Below, in pieces: positions 35,491-57,851 of a DNA stretch of 64,000 nt (position 1 is its first letter; the number at the start of each line of letters is the position of its first letter). The translations under genes were made by a program, and so were the position numbers. The notes under the pieces were generated by a model. That model was not told the origin of the DNA. It searched no databases and saw only the letters and a program-made list of their open reading frames with translations. Source of the stretch: the human T2T-CHM13v2.0 reference genome, Homo sapiens. Location: assembly GCF_009914755.1 (NCBI RefSeq), contig NC_060936.1. One strand, written 5' to 3'.

Positions 35491-35781
35491 AAAATATATA
35501 AAAAAGATGATAGTTTACCTGGAGAGAGGGTGGATTATTTTTTAAATGGCATGGCACAACTGGTTGCCCATCTGGAATAAAATAAATTTAAACCAGTTAT
35601 TTACCATATTCAAATATAATTTGTAGATAGAATATGATAGAACATTTTTTTCTAGATATTTCAAGAAAATCAAATACCGTATTTACGATTTAGGAGGGGA
35701 GAGACTTTCTTAACTACAAATGAAAACTCTGAAACCATACAAGAAATGGTAAACATATTTGAATTTAAAGAAACAAAAATA

Positions 35782-36025
35782 GGCCAGGGGTGGTGGCTCA
35801 CACATGTAATTCTAGCACCTTGGGAGGCCAGCCTGGGCAACAGACACAGTCTCTAAAAAATATATATAAGAAATTAGCCAGGCATGCTGGCACAGCCTGT
35901 AGTCCCACCTACTAGGGAGGCTGACATGGGAAGATTGCTTTTGCTCAGGAGGTTGAGACTGGTGAGCTGTGATCACATCAATGCACTCCAGCCTGGATGA
36001 CAGAGTGACACTCTGTCTCAAATAA
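35782..36025 (+). mobile_element. AluJ with a left-arm deletion
   Basis: gggaggcc joined directly to agcctgggcaaca. Confidence 0.75.
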
Positions 36026-36028
36026 AGA

Positions 36029-36086
36029 GATAGCTAGATAGATAGATAGATAGATAGATAGATTATAGATTGATAGATGATAGATG
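36029..36086 (+). repeat. Imperfect (GATA)n microsatellite
   Basis: Seen directly, at the Alu tail. Confidence 0.85.
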
Positions 36087-36391
36087 ACAAAAATAAAAAT
36101 AAAAAACAAAAAATCCCCTCAATGGTCAAAATTCCAAATCAGCCAGTCAATTTCTACAATATGCTACATACAGTTGGCAAAATCTACTGGAATTTTGACT
36201 GAGATTGTGTTTTATCTATGTAGCAATTTTCAAATAATTGACATCTTAACAATATTTCGTCTTTTAATCCATAAACATTGTATGTCTCACTATTTAAGTT
36301 TTTGTTGTCTCTCAGAAATACCTAGTAGTTTTCAGTGAAAAGGTTGTTCCAAGGTGAACAGGTCTATGCAAACCTATCCCCAAAGTCAGAA

Positions 36392-36853
36392 TGTTATAAA
36401 TAAAGTTTCAGTGCCGCAAAAGAAATCTCACTCGAATGTAAAATTTTCTTTTTACTTCACAGCAAGGCAAGGTACTTCTATAGCAGGGTGCGCCCTTACA
36501 GATGGAGGAATGGTGAGCACACACTTGGACAAGGGAGGGGAAGGGTTTCTTATCCCTGATGCACGTGGCCCCTGCTGCTATATTGTTCCCCTATTGGCTA
36601 GGGTTAGACTGCACAGGCTAAACTAATTCCGATTGGCTAATTTAAAGAGAGTGAGGGGGTGAGTGGTTTGGTGGGAAAAATGGTTATGACAGGATGAGTC
36701 AGGGTGGAGCAGGTAATCGGAATGAGTCAGGGTGGAGCATGTAATCGAAAAAGGTTGCTTTACCAGGAAGTTAAGTTTAAAAGCAGAAGGCAAAGAATTG
36801 AACATACTGACATATTGATTCTTCGAAAATAAATTTAGAACTTATATCTAACA
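36392..36853 (-). mobile_element. LTR10A/F-type (HERV-I group) solo LTR
   Basis: Minus strand begins TGTTAGATATAAGTTCTAAATTT; 28-bp repeat carrying TGAGTCA; TSD agaa. Confidence 0.82.
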
Positions 36854-37068
36854 AGAAGAAGCTAAGAGGCCAAGAAAGAGGCTGATGTATCCAGTTTTTC
36901 AGAAAGGAACATTTCATAGAGACTTATGAACAGAAGCCATGTCCATGTCTTGGGCGGTAGGGAGAAAAGATAGTGTCTGGCATCATTACTCCCACCACCC
37001 AGGACTTACATACCATAGGAAAAGCGTGACTCAGAAGGATGTGTGGGACAACTGAAGTATGATAACAT

Positions 37069-37873
37069 TGTTACGGAATTTCTGGGAAGGGAAGAGCGTG
37101 GTCCTTTAAATGATGAAGGGAGGAAGGGAGGAAGGAAAGTTCTGGGTAGTGTAGGGCAAGGTCCCTGACTAGGGCTCCACCCCCATGGACCTAGCTAAGG
37201 ACAGGCACTCCTGCCTTGGAGCCCAAATGTTGCATTTCCCAAGTCTATCTTGGCCCACCATGCCCCCAGTCCTGTGGCTATAAAAACCCGAGATCCTAGC
37301 AGGCACACCCACAAGCTGCTGGACGTGGAGAGGAGCAGATCTGTGGAAGAAGACACAAGCGGCTGGATAAGGGCTGGCATGCCAGCAGGCCATCGACCAA
37401 CCAGACGAAGTGGAGTTTGGCCCAGGAAGTCGGAAAAGAGCCAGACCGCTCAGAGGCCCAACTCCAGGGGAAAACCATCCCCCTTCTTGCTCCCCCATCG
37501 GTGGAGAGCTACTTCCACTCAATAAAACTTTGCACTCATTCTCCAAGCTCACGTGTGATCCTATTATTCCACTGCAACAAGGCAAGAACCCAGGATACAG
37601 AAAGCCATCTGTCTTTGCGACAAAGTAGAGGGTATAACTGAGCTGTTTAACACAAGCCGCCAGTAGATGGCAAACTAAAAGAGCACCCTGTAAAACACGC
37701 CCACAGGGGCTCCGGCTGCAAACATTCACCTTTAGACACTGCCGTGGGATTGGAACCCCATAGCCTGCCAGTCTGTATGCTCCCCTAGAGGTCTGAGCAG
37801 CGGGGCACTGAAGAAGTGAGCCAAACCCGCATCGCACACCCTGTGAGGGGGACAAAGGAACCTTTCCGTTCCA
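37069..37873 (+). mobile_element. LTR1-type (HUERS-P2) solo LTR
   Basis: TG...CA ends, TSD acat, TATAAAA 37279, AATAAA 37521, agggctccacccccatggaccta motif. Confidence 0.75.
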
Positions 37874-38112
37874 ACATCAAGGTTGTTTTGACCCAAGGGC
37901 AAGATTTACAGTAAGTACATGCTGTTACACAAGGAACAATAGATAAACTCGAAATGGTAGAGGTCTTCCCAGAACAGGAGTTAATCAGAAGTCAACATGG
38001 TGGATTAGCATCCAAGATGGAGTTGCTTTGGCCTCCACAAAGATCTTGCTCATATTTTGTTAAATGTGTCTTACGTATTTTATTTTTTTGGATGCTATTA
38101 TAAATGAGATTG

Positions 38113-39590
<1,478 letters not shown>

Positions 39591-40127
39591 TCAATCTTTT
39601 TGCCTTTTATTTCTTCTTATTGGTGTATTAAAATGTCTAGGAACTTCAGTATAATGTTGAATAGAAGCGGTGAGAGCAGATAGCCTTGCTTTGTTCCTGA
39701 TCTTAAAGGGAAAATGTTCATTCTTTGACCATTATCATATTAGCTGTAGTTTTTCACAGATGTTCTTTAACAGATTGAAAAAGTCCCTTCTATTCATAGC
39801 TTGCTGAGAGTTTTAATCATGAGTGTGTGTTGAATTTTGTTTTTTTCTGAATCTATTGAAATAATCATATTGTTTTCCTCCTTTATTCTGTTAGTATAGT
39901 GAGTTGCATTCTTTGATTTTTGTTATTGTTGTTGTTAAATCTATTCTGGATTACTGGGATAAACTCCACTTAATCACAGCGTATCATCCTTTTATATATT
40001 ACTGGATTTAATTTGCCAATTTAAAAAATCACTCTTGTGTCTAGAGTTATGAGGGATATTGACCAGCAGGGTTTTCTTTTTCTTGTAATTTCTGCCTAAT
40101 TTTCGTTTTAGGGTAATGCTGGCATCA

Positions 40128-40517
<390 letters not shown>

Positions 40518-41123
40518 TTATTTCTTCCATTAAATATTTGGTAAAATTCACCAGTGAAGTCATCTGGCTCTGACACTTTCTTTGCTTAAAATTTATAAAT
40601 CATAAATTCATTTTATTTAATAGCTATAGTGCTATTCAAATTTCCTATTTTTTTGAGTCAGTTAAAGGAATTTTAAAATTCCTGTCTTTACAGGAATTTT
40701 TCCACTTCATGTAGGCATTAATTCACATGAGATTTTCTTTCATGGATTTTATATCCATAAGATCTGTCATGATATCCCCTCTTTTATTTCTCATATTAAT
40801 AATTTGAGTTTTCTTTCTTTTTATTCTTGCCAGGTTTATCAGTTGTTTTAATATTTTCAAAGAGGCAACTTTTGGCATTGTGAGTTTTCTCTACTTGTCT
40901 GTTTTGCTACAAATAATTATCTTTTAAAGAGATTAAAATATGAGGAATAAATTTAATGTTTCTTTCTCAAAGATTTCCCATTCCAGGTACTCTTCATTCC
41001 TTTGCACAGATCCACATTTTCATAATTTTTCTTCTGCCTAGAGAGCTTTCTTATAGTGCACATTTACTTGCAATGAATTTTGTCAGCTTTCATTGATCTG
41101 AAAATCATTTTAAACTTCATTTT

Positions 41124-41226
41124 AAAATTTTTAAATTTAGTTTTTAATAAACCTACATCACTCAACAGTACTCTCATCCAAGTACTAACTAGGCCCAACC
41201 ATGCTTAGCTTCCAGGATTGGACATG
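41124..41226 (-). pseudogene. Processed 5S rRNA pseudogene (3' part plus A-rich tail)
   Basis: catccaagtactaactaggcccaaccatgcttagcttcc is the reverse complement of the 5S core GGAAGCTAAGCAGGGTCGGGCCTGGTTAGTACTTGGATG; TSD acttcatttt at 41114 and 41227. Confidence 0.85.
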
Positions 41227-43588
41227 ACTTCATTTTTGAAAGACATTTTCACTGGTAGATAATTACTGGTTGAATATTTTTTCTTTTAGCACTTTAAAGA
41301 TACCATTTGATTGTTTTCTGGTCTGCATAACTTCTCATGAGAAAATTGTTACTTTTTAAAAAATCTTTGTTCCTTTGGCTACTTTTCTCTTCCACTGGTT
41401 TTCAACAATTTGAAACTGATTTCCTTTTATGGAGCTTTCTGTATACTGCTTCTACTTTGGGTCTGTTGACTTTTTTGGATCTCTGGATTGACAGTTTTTA
41501 TCAAATTTAGAAAGTACTTGACCATCTTTCAAATATTTTTGCTCACCTATCTTTTGCTAGGATTTCATTTGCATATACGTTAGACCACTTGATATTGCCC
41601 CTTGGCTCAATTCACTTATATTTGGTCTTTTTTCTGTATACTTCATTTTGCATAGTTTCTATTGTTCTCACCCAAGTTCACTGATTGTTTCCTCTGCAAT
41701 GTTTAATGGGCTCTTAATCCCATCCGGTTATTTTTCATTTAATAAATTATATTTTTATCTCTAAAAATTTTATTAACATATTTTATGTCTTCCATTTCTC
41801 TCCTCCTTATGTTCACATTTTCCTTTAATTCACTTGTGTATTTTTTAAATTTATAGTAGCTGTTTTAATGTTTTTGCTCGCCAATTACATCACTTCTGTC
41901 GTTTCTTGTCCCATTTCTATTGACTAATTTTTATCCTAGTTATGGATCATATTTTCTGCTTCTTTGCAGGCTGAGCCATTTTTTGTTAGATGCTGGACAT
42001 TGTGAACTTTACATTGTGAAGTACTGAATTTTTGTATCCTTTTAAAGAGTTTTGATTTTTGTTCTGATGTTCACTTTAATACACCTGAGGATTAGTTTGA
42101 ACCATTTGAGGCTTTGTATTAAGCTTGTTATGGTGGGTCCAGAGAAGACTTTACTTGGCTGTTTGTCCACACTCCTAAGGCCTGACTCTTCTGAGGGCTG
42201 TACCTGATGCCCTGTCTATGACAAGGCCTCTCCAATCCAACTGGTGGGAACACAAATTATTCTCTGTATGAATGCTGGTAATTATTTTGCTCATTCTTTT
42301 CCGGTGTCTGCTTCCAAAATTCCTTTCAGTCGCGTGCAAATCAGTACTTAGTCAAATATTTTATGAAACCCCTCTACAGTTCTGCAGAAGTCTGTCTCTA
42401 CTCAATGCCCTACCCTCTAGTTCTCTGTCTCACAATTCTAGCAGCCTAATCTCCCCGAACTGTGATTTCTGTCTTCATGAGTTTTTTGTAATATTCCTTT
42501 AAAGTTATTGTAGTATTCCTATGGAGTATGCAACTTTATTCTGGAAGGTAATTAAGTGACTTTTGGATCAACTTCATCTTTTCAAGGTTTGATTTTACGT
42601 GTTTTAAGGTAAGTAGAGGTAGCCTTTACTGTAGAACTAGTTTAGCTCTACTATTAAGCTGAAACCCTCTGGGATCTCTACTCAATGGCCCATTTATTCA
42701 ATGAGGTCTCTCTACTTTCTCTGATGGGCACTAAAATGATCCCCAGGCTTTTGGGAGTTCTAAAAATTTTCTACATTACAGCACCTCTGTAAATGTTCAT
42801 TCCACAGCATTTGTTCTTTGCCCAGCCTCATGGAGTTTCACCCTTCAGGCACACAGATTTGAATTTAGTCTCAAAGACTCAAGGGAGGAAACCCTATGCA
42901 AATTTCTGGAGTTCTTTTTCTAGCTCCTTTCTCTCCTATTTACTGTCCCACAAATTTTAGCTGCTTCGGAACCCCTGAACTTCAATTACTATCATCCCAT
43001 CTTAATGAGACCTTCCTACACTGTGGTTAGAAATTGTCCCCAGACAGAAAGCCAGTGCACTTAAAATGCTCATCTAGATTATTTCCCTTCACTCAAAGAT
43101 CACAGTCCTGTGCTGCCTGTTGTCCATTTGTTTAATTCCACCCTCTCCACCCTGTTTCTTGTTGTCTACAGTAGGAGGGAGAGGAGTCCCAGAGTAGTTA
43201 CTTCTTTAAGCATGAAAGCAAAAGTCTAGCTTTGACTTAATAATCAAACTGATTCTTTGTAGCAGTCCCTGAAATTCTTGAACTTACAGAGTCAGTGATT
43301 GAAAATGGTTGATGAAACTTCCTTTGCTTTTGAACATGAAAGAAAGCGCATGAGGATGGAGGCAGTAAGATGCTATATTAATGCTGTCAAGCCCATAGTT
43401 CATGGCAATAGTCTTTCTAATGAAAATCATGCCGGGGGTATTATTATAAGGCCATAATATCAATTTATTTATTTATTTGTTAATTGACAAATTAACATAT
43501 TTAATTTCCCTTTTTCCACAGAGCATCATAAGGGGTCCTATTGGGGAAGAGAAGAATCGTTGAGTTTCAGCCAAGCTTTATCTCCTTA

Positions 43589-44002
<414 letters not shown>

Positions 44003-44144
44003 TCAGTTATTTATTGATTTAACAAACTATTTTTTAATGCCTACAATGTGCCAGGCACTATAGTAGGCACTGGACATACAAATATAGAGAAGAAACAGCA
44101 TCTGATGTCAGGGAGCTTATGACACAGTGAACAGTCCAGCTCCT

Positions 44145-44545
44145 TGTCTTAGTCCACCTGTGCTGCTATCACAATATAACACAGATTGGGTAATTTATAA
44201 AGAGCTGAACTTATTTCCCACAGTTCTGGTGGCTGGGAAGTCCAAGATCAAGGTTCTGTGTCTGGTGAGGGCATTTTCCTCATAGATGGCACCATCTAGG
44301 TGTCATCACATGTCAGAAAGGATGGAAGGGCAAAAGGGGGATGAACACTATGTCCTTTCACATGGTGGAAAAAGTGAGAAGAGTGAATCCATTTTCTCAA
44401 GTCTTCTTCTAAAGGCCCTATCCCATCCATTAGGGTTCTGCCCTCATGACTTAATCACTTCTTACAGGACTCCATCTTTTAGTATCACATTGCCGATTAA
44501 GTTTCAACATAAGAATTTTAAGGGGCCCATTTAGACCATAATACT
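44145..44545 (-). mobile_element. MSTD/MLT1A-like MaLR LTR
   Basis: tgtcttagtcc...cagttctggtggctgggaagtccaagatcaagg. Confidence 0.7.
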
Positions 44546-44848
44546 TCTGAGCATTTCATTATGATACATTATATAACTGCAAAAATAAGAATGTATATAG
44601 GGCATTATGGGAACACAGAGAAGAAATATCTAATGCAGTTTAGAGGAGAGAAATTTGTAAAGTCAAATACAGCAGAAAATGCCAGAGGAATAACTAAGAA
44701 ATTTCTATTGGATTTGGCAATATGAAGATTATGGTTAATTATATCAGAATAGTACTATGGGAGCAGATGGCATGGTTAAGAAGTGAAAAAAGTAGAGACA
44801 ATGCATGAAGACATCCTTCTTGAAATGTGGATTAGAAATGGAAGAAGA

Positions 44849-45607
<759 letters not shown>

Positions 45608-45849
45608 GTCACTTGGTTTTCTTAATCTGTAAATTGGGACAATACTAATAATGCTCATAAAATTGTTATTAGGATTAAATTAGTTAATACATGTAAAAAG
45701 AAGTCTAGTACATGGAAAATTCTGAATAATTGCAACCATTGCCATTATTATTAAGTAGGAGAATTGAAAGTTGAGGGAGAACATATCTATCAATCTAGTT
45801 TTTAGTAATCAAGAAGGCAAAGTCATCTACTGACAGTACCTGTTAATGG

Positions 45850-49900
<4,051 letters not shown>

Positions 49901-50544
49901 CTAATTAGGACCAGAAGTAGACTGAGGAAAGTTCGTAATAGTGGTAAAGGAGAATAAGAGAGGAAGCTGAAGCCAGAGGAATATAGGGACTGATAGCCCT
50001 GAGAATGAAGTTAGTAACTATGAATTTGTATTGATGCACAAAATTCAGGTGGCTTAGAAAATTGTTCCAGAAGTTCACTTTAAGGTTGGTGTTTTGTGAT
50101 GATGCAGTGTAAATATAAGGATATATGAAAATGAAATGTGCTGGTAAGAGTTTAGATACTCAATGCGGAGTCTGAACCTGGTTGTGAGCAGCGTGGGAGT
50201 ATGAGGCAGCTAGAAGTCAGGGAGAGGGAGAGAGACCAAGAGAGGACTGGTGGATGGACTGGGGAGGGAGGCTGCGCTTGGAAGTTCAAGGAAATGGAAG
50301 TTTGCACAAAAGCCAAAAAAAAAAAAATAGTGAAAATGAAGTCATAAGAATAATACCTTTAGCCATTTATTTTGCACCTACTGTGTTTCAGTCATTATTC
50401 TATACATGGGATATAATGGTAAGCAAAACAGGCAGATCTCGACTAGTTCAGGAACTTACATCTTTAGTACTGATAAATAAGTAATTATAATACTCAATAA
50501 TACATGCTAGGAAGTACTTAAAAAGGGGTATAGGAGAATGGTAA

Positions 50545-50857
50545 GATTTTGTTTTGTTTTAGAGATAAGGTCTTGCTCTGTCACCCAGGCTGGAATGCAA
50601 TGTCATGATCATAGCTCACTGTGGCCTCAAACTCCTAAGCTCAAGTGATCCTTCCATCTAAGCCTTGAAGGTAGTTGGGACTACAGATGCGCACCACCAT
50701 GCCTAGCTGATTTTATTTTTTTAAAAATTTTTGGTAGAGATGATGGGGGGGTCTCACTATGTTGCCCAGGCTGGTCTTAAACTCCTGGCCTCAAGTGATC
50801 CTCTTGCCTTGGCCTCCCAAAGTGCTGGGATTACAGTGCAAGCTACTGCGCCTGGCC
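50545..50857 (-). mobile_element. AluJ
   Basis: Antisense dimer. Confidence 0.8.
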
Positions 50858-51307
50858 TAACAACAGCTGGATTTTAATTAAAATCTTTTCCAAGTAGGAA
50901 TGAGTAACCAATAGGAAAAAACACTCAAATAAGTGGTACTGAATGGTATAATTCTCAGTATACACTAGTATTAATACTTACAAACTTCCCATTCGACTAC
51001 AGCTATCCCAAAGCTCTCCAATCTCAACATCACAAATCTGTAAGAATCCTCAGCCAAATTATTTCACCAGGGCAAAGCAATTTCTTTATTAAAGAGGCTT
51101 TTAAAATTCTCTACACTGACTGATTTCTCAAGAAGATGCGAAAGAATAGTCATTCAGGCCCATCTCAAATAGACAAATATCTCTAGAATTTCCAGTTTCA
51201 TATGACTAGTGGCATCTAGTTTTTAAAAATCAACATACTGCAGACTGACTCATTGAGACTGTTACCATTCTGAACTGAAACATTTTAGTAATTAAAAAAT
51301 TGCTGTT

Positions 51308-51567
<260 letters not shown>

Positions 51568-51682
51568 TTGCTGTTATACATCCTATTACCAATCATCTCA
51601 AACATACACTTCCATCTGATATAATTAGGTAAGCTTCATGCCATGGTTATTTCAAAATACAATTTCTAAAGGCAAAATAAAA

Positions 51683-52260
<578 letters not shown>

Positions 52261-52750
52261 CATATTTATGACTAAACAACGTTTTCGGTTTCTTTACTTG
52301 CCTTCCCTTTTTAACTCTTGAGAGTGTATATTTTTAGTAGAAACTGGTGGAAAGATCTGAGAAGCTGAACATTGGACTTAAATTCCTTCTTTGACAAACA
52401 TATATAAAGTTTCTTGGGACACTTTTAGTTAACAACTTAGGGAAAAATGGCTTGTGAACTGTATCTTCTCCCCTTTTCCACCCAAGAGTCATAGGATTTT
52501 GGAATATTCTTGTTTTCTACAACTCAGAAAAAAATCTCCCCATGGTTTCCTTCTTTTTAATGTTGAAGGACACCTAAATTTTGAATTACGCTGGCAGCTT
52601 TAAATGTATGCTGGCCAACCTGGTAAATTTTATTGGGCTGCTAGTGCCTCTCTGTGGCCAGTGACTACAATTACAGCTCAGTTTATTGCCAGTGAGAAGC
52701 ATTTGAAAGATTGCTTCAGATGTACAAATAGTGGCTTTGGAAGCTGCAGA

Positions 52751-52887
52751 GGCCAGGCATGGTGGCATTCACCTGTAATCCCAGCTACTCAGGAGGCCGA
52801 AGCAGGAGGATCACTTGAGCCCAGGAGTTCTAGACCGGCCTGGACAACATAGTGAGACCTCCATCTCTATTAAGAAAAAAAAAAAAA
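52751..52887 (+). mobile_element. Alu monomer
   Basis: Single arm with A tail; TSD aagctgca. Confidence 0.75.
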
Positions 52888-53255
52888 GCTGCAAAGAACC
52901 TAGGGGAATGAGATTAGAACTGACCCAAAGCTGTGGGGACCTGGGCTACACCGGGGAGGGTAGATAGCTAAGCAGGGACTGGATTTTGATTGAAAGGAGA
53001 AAGGGGTGTGCATGCTGGGTAGATATCAAACATGATCACTACACATATTGTAATTGTTTCTGTGTTGCCTCCCACACTAGAATATGAGCTCCATGATGGC
53101 AGAGACATCTTGCCAGGCACTCAACAACAAAGGTTGCTGAATGATTGAGCAATAAAGGAATAAATGGGATTCATTCATAGAAATTACACATTAGTTGATA
53201 GCTGCTATTCTATTACCCTTATTAGAGGCTTAAGATGGAAAATGCTTTGAGTAAA

Positions 53256-53555
53256 TTTTTTTTTTTTTTTTTTGAGATGGAGTCTTGCTCTGTTGCCCAA
53301 GCTGGAGTGCAGTAGTGCGAACTCGGCTCACTGCAACCTCTACCTCCCGGTTCAAACGATTCTCCTGCCTCAGCCTTCCGAGTAGCTGGGATTACAGGCA
53401 CCCACCACCACGCCTGGCTTATTTTTTGTATTTTTAGTAGAGATGGGGCTTCACCATGTTGGCCAGGCTGGTCTCAAACTTCTGACCTCGTGTCATCCAC
53501 TTGCCTGGGCCTCCCACAGTGCTGGGATTACAGACATGAGCCACCACACCCGGCT
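53256..53555 (-). mobile_element. AluS
   Basis: Dimer, TSD tgctttgagtaaattt. Confidence 0.88.
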
Positions 53556-54379
53556 GCTTTGAGTAAATTTTATTTAACAATGCTCCATATGCCCAGGAGT
53601 ATTTCTCAAACCTCATTTTTAATACACAGTATTTTATAGGCTTAGCTCCATTCATTCCTTTGTTTCAGTTAACACATATTAATTGAGCACTACATTCCAG
53701 AAACTGGAGATACAAAAATGTGACAGACACAGTTCTAGCGCATAGCAGACAAAATCCCTGCTTTGCTGGCAAACCCCCAATTTCAGCTCCCTCCACTGTG
53801 GCAGCTGCAGGAATCGTGTTTTGTTTTGTTTTTCTTCAGGTTCGTTTATCTCTCCTGTTGTACTCCTGTTTTTCTACACTTTAGCTCCTAATACTCAACT
53901 TATTCTTTTTTGAAAGGATGCATATTATAGTATATTAACCCAAATTCCTTGAAATTTCTTGTACTTGTAGAAAAGTGATATAGAAACAGTGCATCTATAA
54001 GTACTAGAATTTCTCCAAGTAGTTATAAAAGTGTTTTTGAATTCTCCTTTTGTCTCTGAGGAAAAATCTAATTAGAATAAGAATGTATTTTCTGTAACAG
54101 TTGCTAAAAGGAACCAATGTTCAATGGAGGATTAAAAGTGCCTTGGGGATACAAGATAATTCTACGTGGAGAAATGAAGCTGAGAAAATACTTAAATGAC
54201 TATGTGAAAGACATGCATAGATAATACTGGCAAAGTTGGAAATAGTTTCTTCGAGCTTTTGAGTTTCTTATTCTTTTACTACTTGTTCAGCCCTACTCTC
54301 TGTTTGCCTCCATAACTTAATATAACCAGTGGATTTATAATTATGACGGGCTGTAAAAATATACACACTTCATTAGGCT

Positions 54380-54570
54380 AAAGTAGGGTTTCTTGACCTT
54401 GGCAACATTGACATTTTGGGCTGGGGCACTTGTTGTGGGGCACTGTCTTGTGCATTGTCAAATGTTTAAATGCATCTCTAGCCTCTTCCCACTAAATGCC
54501 AGTAGACAAAATATCACCAGATATTACCAAATGTTCCCTGAGGAGCATAATTACCCCTGGTTAAGAACTA
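54380..54570. mobile_element. MER20 hAT MITE
   Basis: ccttggcaacattgacattttggg...tgtgcattg...cccactaaatgccagtag. Confidence 0.7.
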
Positions 54571-54599
54571 GTAGACTAAATCAACCATCTTTAGTTAAG

Positions 54600-55560
54600 T
54601 TCCTGAGCAAGTTTATTTCAACTCCTACCACTCAGTTGAAACCGTTCAAATCAAAATTTCAAATTGCTCTCTTGTAGCTAAACCAGTAGATACTTAAGAC
54701 ACATAAAGACCAGTCCATACTTAACTTCACCTCTCCAAAACATTTCATGATTCCCTTTTTCTTAGAATGTTCTCTTCTCTCCTTGACATTAACTTCCCCA
54801 GTTTTCCTCTAATTTCTTTGTGTATCTCTTTGCAGCTCCTGTTCCTCTACCCATCTCTTAAAAGTCATTGTTCTCAGGTGCTCTGTCCTAGGCCCTCTGA
54901 CCCTCTCACTTTATACACTCTCCCTGGGTGATCTCCTCTACCCCTGTGGAAGCTATTTCTCTCTGTGCATTGATGATGTCTTTGTCCTTTTCTCAAGCCC
55001 AGATCTCTCTCCTAAGCTGCTGGTTCATAAAACCAATTGCCTACTAGATATTTATACTTGAGAATACCTCAGGCACTTCAAAATCAAAATGTACAAAACC
55101 AAGAAAGTACAATCAAAAAATGTTTTCTTCCTCCTGTGTTTTTTATTCCAGTGAAAGTCATCACCATTTACCAGTTGACTAAACCAAAACTGCAGGATTC
55201 ATTTTTTATTCCTCCCTGTCTCTAACTTTCTCACTTTTCGTAACCATTGTTCCCCAAGTCTTGTTAACTCTACCTTCCAAGTCAGTGCTTTACAAACTTT
55301 ACCATGAATAAGAATCACAAGGAGGGATTGTGAAAGAAAAGTTTCTTCTTGGATTCAGTTGCAGAAATTCTGATGTAATGGGGGTGGGGGATGGCAGAAT
55401 TGTATTTCTAACAAGCTTCTAACTGCTGCTGTTGCCCTGAAGACTGCATTTTATGTCACACTGTCCTAAAAGACTTCTCATTGTTCCTATAGTAAAGCCC
55501 AAGCATGACTTTCAAGGTTGTATAGAATCTTATTTACCTCTTTACATTCATCTCTCACCA
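54600..55560 (+). mobile_element. L2 fragment(s) with a MER5-like insert
   Basis: CT-rich L2 sequence ctctgtcctaggccctc...tatacactctccctgggtgatctc. Confidence 0.6.
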
Positions 55561-55751
55561 TATATTTTTTCAATGGTAAATGAATGAGTGAAGGATGAAT
55601 GAACCAGAGATATACAAAGGCCATTGACAATCCTCCATTCCAAATGAAAAATAAGAATTATCTGACTCCTTGACTCTAGCTATTTCATCAAAATTCAACA
55701 ATTGAGGTCTCTACATGGTTATATGATCATACTGGGATTCATGATATTGGT

Positions 55752-56341
<590 letters not shown>

Positions 56342-56914
56342 CAGGACATTGGTCTTAATTCACAAACGTAGTGCAAGAACAGGGGGAGAAAGGAAGAGTC
56401 ATTCCAAAAACTAGGTCTCATATACATTATAAGTAGTCCATAAACTCAACTTTATAACCACCACAAAATGGGTGAGGTTGTTCTTTCCCGCCTACAGAAT
56501 TAAAGCTGCATTTTACCTCTGTGCAACAATTTTTCCCCATTTGATATTGTGCTGCATGTTCATTGTTAACTTGATTTCACCTGTATAATTATTCCTGTTT
56601 TTTACTGGGGGAAGAGGAGCTACATGAATTTGCACCCTATCATGCCTCAGTCCTCACCATTCAGGAATATGTTTTGAGTTATGCACTCACTGAAGTGTCC
56701 CCATATTTTTGCAGCTCTTCTCTACGGAGGAACTGGAGCTCTAGTGTTTTTTTTTTTTTGTGGCAGTCCGTGTTAAGTTTATACAGACCAATCATAGTTG
56801 ACTCTAAGACTGACCTAAATTCTTAAGGGTGTAGAATCTATCCCAGAATTGGCCTGAATCTCTTTCAATGCTTTGACTGTTATGGGCTACTTGTTTTCTC
56901 ACAACATACTTAAG

Positions 56915-57370
56915 TACGTTTCTTATGGCTGCTGTAACAAATGATCACAAACTTGGTAGCTTAATACAACACACATTTATTCTCTTTTAGTTCTGGAGGT
57001 CAGGAATCAAAATTAGTTTCACTAGGCTAAAATCAGCATATCTGCAGGGCTGAACCCCCTCCAGAGGCTCTAGGGGCTTCTTGTCTTTTCCAGCTCTGGT
57101 GGCTGTAAGCATTCCTTGGCTTATGGCTACATTGCTCCATAATCTGCCTCTATGGTCACACTGCCTTCTCCTCTTCTGGGTGTGAAGCATCTCTTTCTGC
57201 CTCTCTCTTATAAGGATACTTGTGATTGCAGTTAGGGCCCACCCAGATAATCTCCCCATCTCAAGATCCTTAACTTAAATCAAAAAGACCTGTTTCCCAA
57301 ATAAGGTAACATCTACAGGCTCCGGAATCTAGGAGCTGATATCTTTAGGGGCCGTTATCAGCCTATTACA
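56915..57370 (-). mobile_element. MLT1B/C MaLR LTR
   Basis: ggctgctgtaacaaatgatcacaaacttggtagctt...ataatctccccatctcaagatcctt. Confidence 0.75.
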
Positions 57371-57504
57371 ATTTACATCTATATTTACCCACTCTGTGCT
57401 CAAAAGTATGCCAACCTACTTATTGTAACCCATGAAAACTTGCACTACCTTCTTAAATGTCAACGTAAGCTAAATGTAAAAACTTATTTTAACTTCGAAA
57501 ATTA

Positions 57505-57851
<347 letters not shown>

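Larger units (their letters stand above)
36345..38039 (-). mobile_element. MER31-like ERV1 LTR in three pieces, host of two younger LTRs
   Basis: Minus strand begins TGTGGAGGCCAAAGCAACTCCATCTTGGATGCTAATCC; sequence is continuous across both inserts. Confidence 0.6.

Noticed and set aside
37169-37855. 228-aa minus-strand ORF, the longest in the track
   Set aside because: Lies wholly within the GC-rich LTR1-type solo LTR, antisense, with no recognisable domain
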